Under the pieces are notes generated by a model that worked only from the letters and a program-made list of their open reading frames with translations, searched no databases and was not told the origin of the DNA. A stretch of 28,021 bases of DNA from Candidatus Bathyarchaeum sp. (GTDB taxonomy: Archaea > Thermoproteota > Bathyarchaeia > Bathyarchaeales > Bathyarchaeaceae). The DNA is taken from contig JAOZIF010000051.1 in NCBI GenBank assembly GCA_026014495.1, positions 1 through 28,021 on the forward strand. Direction: 5' to 3'. This document shows, in pieces, positions 1 through 8,883 of the stretch (positions are counted from its first letter, which is position 1; the number at the start of each line of letters is the position of its first letter). A program made the position numbers and the translations under genes.

Positions 1-205
1 CTTAGCCATACTTTGTGCTTTACTCACCGAAACATGTTCTCCTAACAGGGAGTTTTTACAACTACACAAACATAAATTAGTTTAGCAAAACCGAGCAAAC
101 AGAACCCGTATTTTCTATTGGAACAAGAAGGCAAAAACAAGTTTTTCAATTACACAAGAAGTCAGCAGCGAATATAATGTAAAAACTTGCGCTTGCTTGA
201 TGATA

Positions 206-481
206 TTATTGATTAGGGGCATCCATATCCAAAGCAGGGAAACCTGTTAGACGTATTTGGGTTGCACAAGCGTTGCATTTAATCACAAGCGCTTCCAAAG
301 TGTCGTTTGTAACTGTCTCGGAGATAATAGTGTAAACATCCTCTGTTTCATCTTCAGGAGAAATGGTGACACCACACTTGGGGCATGGAAAATCCCCGTT
401 GCCATCAATTTTAGTTAAATCCACTTCATTTACTAGACTTTGCTGTGTATTGTTCCCTTGTTGAGCAACAGTTTCAGGCAA
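206..481 (-). CDS. Small zinc-ribbon hypothetical protein (91 aa)
   Basis: Two CxxC pairs (CPKC...CNAC) in an acidic beta-rich 91-aa ORF; TTG start preceded by GGGGA 6-7 nt upstream. Confidence 0.75.
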   Translation of the reverse strand: MPETVAQQGNNTQQSLVNEVDLTKIDGNGDFPCPKCGVTISPEDETEDVYTIISETVTNDTLEALVIKCNACATQIRLTGFPALDMDAPNQ

Positions 482-771
482 TTATGATTCCCCGTAGACT
501 AGAAAGGGGAAGATGTATTACTACCTTATTAACATGTAGGAAATACACACGTATATCCCTAACAACACATCTCTTTTTTGAGATATCTCCAAAGTTTTAA
601 ACCACAAATTGAAAAAGAAACCGACCTAATTGCAATAGTAAACAGTTTTGTGTCAGTCACCATTATCAAGCTTTTTAAGCAATATGCTTCAAATTTATAG
701 ACAATTAAAACATATTCAAAAATAAAAAATGAACTTTTGATGCATAATCACCAAAAAAGCTACACAGGGCA

Positions 772-1866
772 TTAGGTAAAAAGGTTCAACAACAATTGAA
801 CAATTTGCTCGCCAGCAGATCCATCACCAAATGGATTCGCCCAAACACCACGACCATTGAGCATTAACTTTGCTTTGTCAACAATCTCACAGGGATTGGT
901 TCCAGCAAGAACATTCGCTCCAACATCCAGTGTTTCAGGCCTTTCGGTGTTGTCTCTTAAAGTAACACATGGAACACCCAAGATGCAAGCTTCCTCTTGA
1001 ACGCCTCCAGAATCAGTAAGCACAAGCTTAGCGTTACTTTCAAGCTGCAAAAAATTCAGATAATCTAAAGGCTCAACAAGCGTAACACCATTTAGTTCAA
1101 CTCCAAAGGTCTTCAAACGTTTTTTGGCTCTAGGATGAATTGGACAAACTACTTCAAACCCAAGCTCCCTTGTTCTCTCCAAACCCTCAACTATGCCACG
1201 AAGCTTTTGTTCATCATCAACATTTTCCTGCCTATGAACAGTAACCAAAAGATACTCAGCACCAAGGAGATCCAAAGACTCCAAAACATTTCGTTTGCGT
1301 TTACATAATTCCAAATTCTGGAAAACAGCATCAACAACGGTGTTACCAGTAACAAAGATGTTTTCTTCGCCAATACCTTCTCCAAGTAATATGGTCCTTG
1401 ATTTTTCTGTCGGAGCAAACAAGTAATCGGAAGAATGATCAACCAAAACCCTGTTGACTTCCTCAGGCATTCCCCAATCATAACTTCTCAGTCCAGCCTC
1501 AACATGTCCAACAGGTATTCTCAACTTTGCAGCGGCTAAGGCCCCAGCAAGAACGGTGTTAGTGTCACCTTCAACTAAAACTACGTCAGGCTCTTCGTGC
1601 TTAAGCACCTTTTCTACGCCAACAAGCATACTACCAGTTTGTTCTGCGTGACTGCCAGAACCCACATCTAGATTATATTTTGCTTCAGGTAATGCAAGCT
1701 GTTCAAAAAACACGCGATCCATGTTATATGAGTAATGTTGCCCAGTATGCAAAATAAAGTAGTCTAGCCCCAAACGTTCGCATTCACGGATAACAGGAGA
1801 CATTTTTATAATCTCAGGACGAGTACCAAGAACAATCGAAAATTTCACCCGCAAGAACACCCCCAT
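772..1866 (-). CDS. wecB: UDP-N-acetylglucosamine 2-epimerase (non-hydrolysing)
   Basis: Motifs GTRPEIIK, HTGQHY, VEGDTNT, HVEAGLRS, MPEEVNR, TGNTVVD, HRQEN, TDSGGVQEEA, ERPE. The true start may be a few codons downstream (TTG/GTG). Confidence 0.96.
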   Translation of the reverse strand: MGVFLRVKFSIVLGTRPEIIKMSPVIRECERLGLDYFILHTGQHYSYNMDRVFFEQLALPEAKYNLDVGSGSHAEQTGSMLVGVEKVLKHEEPDVVLVEGDTNTVLAGALAAAKLRIPVGHVEAGLRSYDWGMPEEVNRVLVDHSSDYLFAPTEKSRTILLGEGIGEENIFVTGNTVVDAVFQNLELCKRKRNVLESLDLLGAEYLLVTVHRQENVDDEQKLRGIVEGLERTRELGFEVVCPIHPRAKKRLKTFGVELNGVTLVEPLDYLNFLQLESNAKLVLTDSGGVQEEACILGVPCVTLRDNTERPETLDVGANVLAGTNPCEIVDKAKLMLNGRGVWANPFGDGSAGEQIVQLLLNLFT

Positions 1867-2166
1867 CCAACTTTAGGAACAAAACAGCATCCCACTATTT
1901 CGCAGACTTCAAGTTCCAACATACCTTAAACACACACGCCTGCAATTAACTAAAACAAAACTTTCTCAATTTAAAGTGAATCCAAAAAAGAGAACAAAAA
2001 AGTGAACACAAATAACAACAGCATAGAACAATACGCAAAAAACACCACTCATTAGTCTCAGTCCATAACCAAAAAAGTGACAACGACAAATTACGGCATA
2101 TTCATGGCAATTAAGAAATTTCGTTGTTTCTTGTGGACTTAAAGTTTGAAAAAGGCGGTACAATGT

Positions 2167-2313
2167 TTACTTGATCTTTTTGATTTGGCACTCAACCAAA
2201 TTTCCCTCACATATATCGTAAGCGTCCCTGAGTTCCTTCGGAACAGTTACCCGTCCTTCACGTCTCACATAGACAGTGAAGGAGACCCCTGATTTTTCGT
2301 CATTTGATTCCAT
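2167..2313 (-). CDS. AbrB/MazE/SpoVT-family DNA-binding protein, copy 1 (48 aa; not in the ORF track)
   Basis: Hand translation MESNDEKSGVSFTVYVRREGRVTVPKELRDAYDICEGNLVECQIKKIK has the AbrB signature (GRVTVPKELR...I.EG..V); AGGTG RBS 6 nt before ATG; close paralog at 27468..27611. Confidence 0.9.
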   Translation of the reverse strand: MESNDEKSGVSFTVYVRREGRVTVPKELRDAYDICEGNLVECQIKKIK

Positions 2314-2615
2314 TTCAAACACCTAAACGAAAGTTACACATTTTTTAATGATTTAACCATATTTTTCGGTAAACACAAACACGGCATTTTTGAGTTTAGA
2401 CCTGAATTAAACAGATTTTAAAACTAGAAAATGCCCTCCTTGAAACGATTATTACCTATGAATCCAGCTGAAACGTTAACATTCAACGCGAAGAGCTCCT
2501 CCGTAGAGCATGAGCATCTCATATTCAGAGGCATATGCAACACTTGTAGAACATATTTTCGCGCCATGTGAATAAAAGATTTACGGTATGTTGACGGCAT
2601 TTTGATATGAAATGG

Positions 2616-3569
2616 TCAACTATAAAAGGTGTTTTTTTCTAAGCCAACAATAGTCGCCACATATGTTTGATGTATTGCCTCCGCTGCATCTGCTATTCCA
2701 TTCTTTTCTTCGACAGAAAGAGAATCATAAATAGAGTCTCCTATCGTATTCCCAATTTTAAGAGGAACACTAACAAACACAGGCTCATTTAACCCATTGG
2801 CGCTCATTGGCGCGGCTACAGGCAAGACCTCGTTTGTGTTTTTCACTATAGCTTTCACTATGTCTCGAAATGAAGCTGCAGGTCCACATTCGGTACCGCC
2901 AATAGCATCTACAATAAACTTTGAGACAGACTTCACGTAGGAGTCAATTTCGTCTTTGACAAACGTCTTACAATGCAACCGCATGTAGTCATCCAATGAA
3001 AGTCCATCAACTTTTACAGTTGACCACAAGATAATTGCATCTGTACCATGCTCCCCACCAACCCATCCTTCAATTGATGATGCTGGAACATTCAACGCTC
3101 TGGCTAATTCAGACCTAAAACGTAAAGTTTCAAGGTTAGTTCCGGTGCTTACCACGAAATCGGCTTTGGAATATTTTTTGCAGACCATCGCCATTGCATC
3201 AACGGGGTTTGTTATTACAACATATTTTGCATCTTGGTTGTTTGATGTAGTGGATTCTGCGATTTGTTTTACTATCGCCCCATTTTGGATTGCCAAGTCT
3301 CTTCGGGTCATCTTGACGCCTGGAGTTCTTGGCTTTCCAGCAGAAATTAAGATGATGTCGGCGTCTGTTACATCTTTGGCATTTTCGCATGCAATAACAT
3401 CAACATCTAACTGCAGACTTGCGGTCACATGCCTGAGCTCTTCGGCGAAAGCTTTTGCCAGACAGGGGTTTATGTCACAGACAGTTATTGTGTCCGCTAA
3501 ACGAGAGCACATTATTGTGTAGGCGGTTGGTCGTCCTACGCGTCCAGTTCCTATTTGAGCTATATGCAA
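2616..3569 (-). CDS. LDH/MDH-family NAD-dependent 2-hydroxyacid dehydrogenase (malate dehydrogenase-like)
   Basis: GTGRVG dinucleotide motif, VCDIN, AGKPR...TRRDL loop, ITNPVD, GTNLETLR, GEHG; TTG start with GAGGAG RBS. Confidence 0.9.
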   Translation of the reverse strand: MHIAQIGTGRVGRPTAYTIMCSRLADTITVCDINPCLAKAFAEELRHVTASLQLDVDVIACENAKDVTDADIILISAGKPRTPGVKMTRRDLAIQNGAIVKQIAESTTSNNQDAKYVVITNPVDAMAMVCKKYSKADFVVSTGTNLETLRFRSELARALNVPASSIEGWVGGEHGTDAIILWSTVKVDGLSLDDYMRLHCKTFVKDEIDSYVKSVSKFIVDAIGGTECGPAASFRDIVKAIVKNTNEVLPVAAPMSANGLNEPVFVSVPLKIGNTIGDSIYDSLSVEEKNGIADAAEAIHQTYVATIVGLEKNTFYS

Positions 3570-3602
3570 AATTTTCTCCTCTAAATAATGTTGCCAGCCT
3601 TT

Positions 3603-4457
3603 CTAGATGTGCCCATTTTCAATCAGATATTCATGAAGAGCTTCTTGCCATGTTGGCGGGTTTATACCATACTGAGGTAGCTTTATGCTTGTTAGCGCAG
3701 AAAACCGTGGTCGTTTAGCTTTCATATTTAGCTGGTCTGTTTTTGTTGATGTCAAGTCTGGAATTAAACCAGTGAATTGGAATATTTGTTCAGCAAACTG
3801 ATACCAAGAACAATAACCTTTGTTTGAAGCGTGGTAAATCCCGTATGGAAGTTGCTTTTCAACAATTCTTTTTATTGTTAAAGAGGCGTCTTTGGTGTAT
3901 GTTGGACTCATCCACATGTCGTCGATAACAGTGATGGATTCATTTTTCTTTGCTTTAGCAACCATTGTTTCCACAAAGTTTCCGCCTTTGCCACTTGCTC
4001 CTGCTTTACCAAATACACTAGATATTCGTATAATGAAATGTTTTGAGTTTTGTTTTGTAAAGTATTCAGCCGCCAATTTAGAGATTCCATAAGCATTGAT
4101 GGGTTCGGGAACATCATCTTCAGTATATGGCTCTTTTTTTGTGCCATCAAAAACGTAGTCTGTACTTATGTATACAGTTGTGGCACCTATTTCTTTGGTT
4201 ACAAGAGCAATGTTTCTTGCACCTAAAGCATTTACGCAAAAAGATTTCTGGCACTCATCTTCACATTGGTCGGTATTGTGGAATGCCGCAGTATTTATGA
4301 CAACATCTGGCTGATGTTCCCTAAGAACAATGCAACTCTCATAATCTGTTACTTCAAGGTCATTATGTGCAAAAGCAACAACATCATGTGTAGTTGCTAA
4401 AGTTTTCACCAAATCAGTTCCGAGTTGCCCAGTTGAACCGATAACTGCTATTTTCAT
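3603..4457 (-). CDS. rfbD: dTDP-4-dehydrorhamnose reductase family (RfbD/RmlD), copy 1
   Basis: GSTGQLG, NTAA, ISTDYVFDG, YGISK (YxxxK), SPTY, AKRP; ATGA overlap with the upstream SDR gene. Confidence 0.88.
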   Translation of the reverse strand: MKIAVIGSTGQLGTDLVKTLATTHDVVAFAHNDLEVTDYESCIVLREHQPDVVINTAAFHNTDQCEDECQKSFCVNALGARNIALVTKEIGATTVYISTDYVFDGTKKEPYTEDDVPEPINAYGISKLAAEYFTKQNSKHFIIRISSVFGKAGASGKGGNFVETMVAKAKKNESITVIDDMWMSPTYTKDASLTIKRIVEKQLPYGIYHASNKGYCSWYQFAEQIFQFTGLIPDLTSTKTDQLNMKAKRPRFSALTSIKLPQYGINPPTWQEALHEYLIENGHI

Positions 4458-5473
4458 AAAAGGACCCCATTAAGTTCTGTGTCCTTAATGACCTGCTGCA
4501 TTTCTAAAAGATGCTTGTACCACTTGACGGTTATCGTTCTTGGATCGTCTGGATTTAAGCGCTCCTCTTTGAGGGCATCAAACATGGTTTTTGCACCGTC
4601 TTTTATTGTAGTTTGAGGTTCAAAGTTGAGCACATCTTTGATTTTGTTGAAGTTCACGCGGTAGCTTCGAGTATCACAATCTCCGTACCATTCATAATTA
4701 AAAGGAAGATTACAAGCTTCGGCTACCAGTTTAGCTAGGTCAAAGATTTGTATGTTCTGCTCGTTGCTACCCACATTAAATATTTGACCATTAACGAGCT
4801 CTGGCTCAGTTTCTAAGACTGTTATAAAAGCGTTTGACGTGTCCTTCACATTAACAAAGGGACGCCACTGTTTGCCGCTCCGCATTATCGGGATTTTGCC
4901 GTTCCGGTAGTAACCCAAAACCATACCGTTAATTGCTATATCAAACCTCATTCTATACGAAAAACCATAAACTGTAGCTTGTCTTAGAACTGTTGCTGAA
5001 AACGAATCGTCTGCAAGAGGCAGTATTTCGTTTTCACCCATCAAGCTAGCTTTTGCATAAGTTGTCAGAGGATTTAGATTAGATTCTTCGTTTATGAAGC
5101 CCTCTTGGAATCCATAGGTACTACAGGTACTAGCAAACACGTATTTTTTGATTCCATACTTTTTTGCCAGATTAGCTACTCTAACTCGTCCTTTGTAGTT
5201 TATCTCCAAAGTTTTTTCTGGATCAAGTTCACCACAAGGATCGTTAGAAAGAGCCGCTAAATCAAAAACAGCGTCCATTCCTTTCAGAAGGTCTGGATTG
5301 AAAAATCTGACATCATCCTTGATGAGCGTTATTTGGTCAACTATATCTTTTAGTGAATCCGCTCCAAAGAAGAGCCTATCAAGGACCGTTACGCTGTAAC
5401 CTTTCTCCAAAAGCATTCTAGATAGAACGGAGCCGACGTATCCAGCTCCACCAGTTATTAACACATTCATCAT
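4454..5473 (-). CDS. Extended SDR, NAD-dependent nucleotide-sugar epimerase/dehydratase with atypical YxxxS
   Basis: TGGAGYVG, DLAALSNDP, ASTCSTYG, PLTTYAKAS, LRQATVYG, RPFVNVKD, FNVG. Confidence 0.9.
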   Translation of the reverse strand: MMNVLITGGAGYVGSVLSRMLLEKGYSVTVLDRLFFGADSLKDIVDQITLIKDDVRFFNPDLLKGMDAVFDLAALSNDPCGELDPEKTLEINYKGRVRVANLAKKYGIKKYVFASTCSTYGFQEGFINEESNLNPLTTYAKASLMGENEILPLADDSFSATVLRQATVYGFSYRMRFDIAINGMVLGYYRNGKIPIMRSGKQWRPFVNVKDTSNAFITVLETEPELVNGQIFNVGSNEQNIQIFDLAKLVAEACNLPFNYEWYGDCDTRSYRVNFNKIKDVLNFEPQTTIKDGAKTMFDALKEERLNPDDPRTITVKWYKHLLEMQQVIKDTELNGVLL

Positions 5474-5484
5474 TTTTCACTTAC

Positions 5485-5706
5485 TACTGTATGTGGAGAC
5501 CTAAACTAGTCCAACTGTTTAACGATTATGGAACTATTGTCGGGTCATCTCAGAGTCTACGATTTTCATCGAGATTCTTGTAATCATAGAACAGATTAGG
5601 AAATATATTGTTAACGATGTTCCGCGCTAACAGGCTTTGTTCAATATAAAAAACCCACAAGATAAGCTGGTGACTACAGATTTTTGGTAATAAAAACTAG
5701 CTCAAC
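5485..5706 (-). pseudogene. rfbC: Decayed 3' remnant of a second rfbC-type dTDP-sugar 3,5-epimerase
   Basis: Minus-strand fragments ..FLY*TKPVSAE / YDYKNLDENRRL*DDPTIVP*SLN / D*FRSPH match the intact RfbC at 8368..8883 (..YLHGTKTISNE / YDYKDPDEHRRAWNDPLIVPTEIN / DWFRPPY). Stops at 5550-5552 and 5506-5508 fall on Trp positions; frameshifts separate the blocks. Confidence 0.85.
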
Positions 5707-5813
5707 ATTGTTCCAATTAGACTTTCAGGCAGTTAAAAACACCCGTTACCCATACAAAAGTCTAATTATGGATTCAAGTATGCGCTCATTAACTGCATTG
5801 AAAAGAATAGGCC

Positions 5814-6323
5814 TTAAAATTGAGGGGACAATGAGTTGCGACTAGGATTAAACGAGTTTTTTAAATCATTCATTATTTGAGTAAGATATGGATGAAAAGA
5901 ATTGGGGAGATTCTTGAAATATTTGTATTCTGAGTGCTCGTCATTGAGCACTATTTTGTCGCCTTTACATTTACACAAGTATGCAATTGTTATATCGTGC
6001 CTTTCATCGAAGATTCTGGAATACACGTTTATGAGTTTACTTTCAATTAGGTCCAGACCGGTTTCCTCTTTAACTTCACGATACAATGTTTCTGAAAGGG
6101 TTTCCCCTTTTCTAATTCTACCCCCTGGGAACCACCATTGTCCTTTAACAGGATTATTTTTTCGACGCAAAAACAAGAACGAGTTATCTTTTGATATGAC
6201 AGCTTCCACCGACGGAATTGGAATTGAATCCACAATTAACTCATACAAATCCAATGGAAGTTTACCAGCTTCAGGTTTAGAAGCACAGCTCACAGATTTT
6301 TCAGTTTCGTGCAAACTAGGCAC
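5814..6323 (-). CDS. Nudix hydrolase, GDP-mannose mannosyl hydrolase (Gmm/WcaH)-like
   Basis: Full Nudix box GRIRKGETLSETLYREVKEETGL; RKNNPVKGQWWFPGG, HDITIAY and DEHSEY resemble the Gmm-family layout. Start uncertain (GTG). Confidence 0.8.
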   Translation of the reverse strand: MPSLHETEKSVSCASKPEAGKLPLDLYELIVDSIPIPSVEAVISKDNSFLFLRRKNNPVKGQWWFPGGRIRKGETLSETLYREVKEETGLDLIESKLINVYSRIFDERHDITIAYLCKCKGDKIVLNDEHSEYKYFKNLPNSFHPYLTQIMNDLKNSFNPSRNSLSPQF

Positions 6324-6339
6324 CTTTTGGAGTTTTACT

Positions 6340-7230
6340 TTACGATTCAGTCACTAATTCTTTTCTTAGATTTCCCAAAGCATCTTCGAGTTTTAGTGGT
6401 TTTTTATGTAATACTCTTGATGCTTTATCCACAACCAGAGAAGTATTCTTGGGTCTTTTAGCAGTCCAATTCATATCTTCAGATTTGGTGGGTTTAATCA
6501 AGCCTGCATCCAAATCAAATATTTTTGCGAGAAGACACGCAAAATCATATCGGTTTACGGCAGTAGCTCCAGCTAAGTGGTATATACCAGTTAGCCGCCT
6601 CTGAGCAACTTCAATAATCATATCTGCCAGATTTGTATTAAATGTGGGTGATATACATTGATCGGTTATTATCTTTATTTGCTCACCTTTTCTGAGTTTG
6701 TCAAGAACCCATAGAGCAAAATTGATTTTTCCTGCAGCAGGAACTGAACCATATATAACGCTAGGTCGTGCGATACATGACTCAGAAGTTAGCATACTAA
6801 CAATTTTTTCGCCTTCAAGTTTTGTTTTACCATAATAGTTTATGGGTTTAGTTTCATCGGTCTCGGTATACATTCCCCGTTTGCCAGAGAAAACGTAATC
6901 TGTAGAAACGTAAACCAAAAACGCGTTGTGCTCACGTGAAAGCTCAGACATTCTTTTTGTCCCATCAACGTTTATGCCCCAAGCAAGCTCTTTGTTAGCC
7001 TCACACTGGTCAACATTACTTATTGCCCCAGCATGAACTACAATTTCAGGTTCAACCAAATCGAAAACTTTGACAACATTTTCTTGTGAATTCAAATCTA
7101 GCTTAACGGGAATACCTGCTCGTGATTCATGTTGATTAAAACCTGAATAAACTTCATGTCCGTCTAGAATAGCTGTTTCAGCTACCTTTGAGCCTAAAAG
7201 TCCGCTTCCACCAGTAATAAGAAATCTCAG
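6340..7230 (-). CDS. rfbD: dTDP-4-dehydrorhamnose reductase family (RfbD/RmlD), copy 2
   Basis: GGSGLLG, HAGAISNVD, VSTDYVFSG, YYGKTK, SPT, AKRP. Start placed at a CTG overlapping the rfbB TGA (CTGA) with GGTG 4 nt upstream; alternative ATG at 7248. The track's extension to 7293 overlaps rfbB and is unlikely. Confidence 0.88.
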   Translation of the reverse strand: MRFLITGGSGLLGSKVAETAILDGHEVYSGFNQHESRAGIPVKLDLNSQENVVKVFDLVEPEIVVHAGAISNVDQCEANKELAWGINVDGTKRMSELSREHNAFLVYVSTDYVFSGKRGMYTETDETKPINYYGKTKLEGEKIVSMLTSESCIARPSVIYGSVPAAGKINFALWVLDKLRKGEQIKIITDQCISPTFNTNLADMIIEVAQRRLTGIYHLAGATAVNRYDFACLLAKIFDLDAGLIKPTKSEDMNWTAKRPKNTSLVVDKASRVLHKKPLKLEDALGNLRKELVTES

Positions 7231-8231
7231 TTTGCACCAAGTCTCCATGGTGTTGGATGAAGAACGTCTTTGGTTGCCAGAGGCTTCCACCAAGACTCGT
7301 TATTGATGTACCAAGTTACAGTTTCTTTTAATGCAGATTCAAATGAGGCACTAGGTTTCCATCCGAGCTCTGAACGAATCTTTGAAGAGTTCAAGCTATA
7401 TCTAAGATCATGACCCGGACGATCATCAACAAAGACAATCAAGTCTTCGGGCTTTCCAAGAAAACCAAGGATTTGTTTACACAAATTGATGTTTGAAACT
7501 TCGTTACCTGAAGAAATATTATACACTTCACCCGATTTCCCTTTTTGCAGCACTATTGACACCGCTTCGCAATGGTCGCGAACAAATATCCAGTCTCTAA
7601 CGTTTTGTCCATTACCATACAATGGAATCTTGAAATTATTTAACGCACGTATAGTAGTTTTAGGAATTAATTTTTCGGGGAATTGGTTTGGTCCAAAATT
7701 GTTAGTACAACGTGTAATGTTGATGTTTAAGCCGTACGTTCGGTGATACGCTAAACATAATGTATCTGCGGACGCTTTGGAAGCCGAATATGGATTTGAA
7801 GGATTAATGTGGCTAGTGTCTTTAAAAGAGCCTTCGAGTATATCTCCATAGATTTCGTCAGTTGAGATTTGAACGTATTTTGCGGAGTCATTGTATCTTC
7901 TAATAGACTCTAGGAGCGTAAATGTTCCCAAGATGTTGGTTTTTATGAACTGGTAAGCTTCAGCTATGCTCCGGTCAACGTGAGTTTCAGCAGCAAAGTT
8001 TACGATAGCATCAACATCTTTAACTAGATTTTCAATAAGATAAGTGTTCGAGATATCTCCTAAAACAAATCTATAATTGGGTAAATCCTTGATTTCCTGA
8101 AGATTTTCTGGATTTGCTCCAAAGCCATTTAGGTCTACATTGATAATCTCTGTGTCAGGATACTGTGACAACATATGTTTTACGAATGTGCTGCCAATGA
8201 ATCCGAGCCCACCTGTAACCAGTAACTTCAA
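7227..8231 (-). CDS. rfbB: dTDP-glucose 4,6-dehydratase
   Basis: TGGLGFIG, FAAETHVDRSI, STDEIYG (catalytic T-D-E), YSASK, RCTNNFGPNQFPEKLIP, DRPGHDLRY. Confidence 0.97.
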   Translation of the reverse strand: MKLLVTGGLGFIGSTFVKHMLSQYPDTEIINVDLNGFGANPENLQEIKDLPNYRFVLGDISNTYLIENLVKDVDAIVNFAAETHVDRSIAEAYQFIKTNILGTFTLLESIRRYNDSAKYVQISTDEIYGDILEGSFKDTSHINPSNPYSASKASADTLCLAYHRTYGLNINITRCTNNFGPNQFPEKLIPKTTIRALNNFKIPLYGNGQNVRDWIFVRDHCEAVSIVLQKGKSGEVYNISSGNEVSNINLCKQILGFLGKPEDLIVFVDDRPGHDLRYSLNSSKIRSELGWKPSASFESALKETVTWYINNESWWKPLATKDVLHPTPWRLGAN

Positions 8232-8367
8232 GGTACACAGTTCCTCATGTTAGTTCATAACGAAATTTAAAGAAAAATAACACAGATGACTCACCATTTT
8301 TTTTACGCAACCCATTTTATGTAGCACCCCAATGTCCAGCAAACATACGAGTTTAAGGTTCAATAAA

Positions 8368-8883
8368 TTATTTGTATGGTGGTCGGAACCAGTCCCATGG
8401 TTTGCCGACTCGAGGGTCATCTATTTTACCGTTTATTTCTGTGGGAACGATTAATGGGTCATTCCAAGCTCTACGGTGTTCATCAGGATCTTTGTAGTCA
8501 TAGACTCGGTTAACAAAATACACTAGTATCGATGGTTCATTACTGATTGTCTTGGTGCCATGCAAGTAGTGACCAGGTATTCTAACAACGGTGGGTTTTT
8601 TGCCAGTGGATATTACTTCAGCGAGTTTTCCAGTTTCTTCGTCGTAGGCACAGATTTTCATAGCTCCTTTTATCACTAAAAAGTGATCAATTTGCCCTCT
8701 CAGGTGTTTGTGCCAAGCTCTAACAATGCTGGGGTAGCTGTAGCTTAAGTTTGTCTGGAGTATAGATTCATCTTCAAGGAATTCTTTCCAGTCATATCTT
8801 AGGGCTTCGGCGAAGAAGCCACGTTCGTCAGGCAATATGTTTAGTTCGTATGTTTTTACTCCCTTAAGGGCATATTCTTTCAT
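8368..8883 (-). CDS. rfbC: dTDP-4-dehydrorhamnose 3,5-epimerase family (archaeal-type RmlC cupin)
   Basis: DERGFFAE, RAWHKH, QIDHF, IPGHYLHG; ATGA overlap with rfbA. Confidence 0.92.
   Translation of the reverse strand: MKEYALKGVKTYELNILPDERGFFAEALRYDWKEFLEDESILQTNLSYSYPSIVRAWHKHLRGQIDHFLVIKGAMKICAYDEETGKLAEVISTGKKPTVVRIPGHYLHGTKTISNEPSILVYFVNRVYDYKDPDEHRRAWNDPLIVPTEINGKIDDPRVGKPWDWFRPPYK

Noticed and set aside
1966-2163. 65-aa minus-strand ORF between abrB copy 1 and wecB
   Set aside because: Composition (F/V/C-rich) is what a T-rich intergenic tract gives; no RBS or motif, and no similarity to the gene following abrB copy 2.
2431-2571. Plus-strand 46-codon ORF ending HEHLIFRGICNTCR, reminiscent of a Fur/PerR C-terminus
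   Set aside because: Very short, no RBS, opposite to all other genes; the resemblance rests on one CxxC and cannot be supported without a search.
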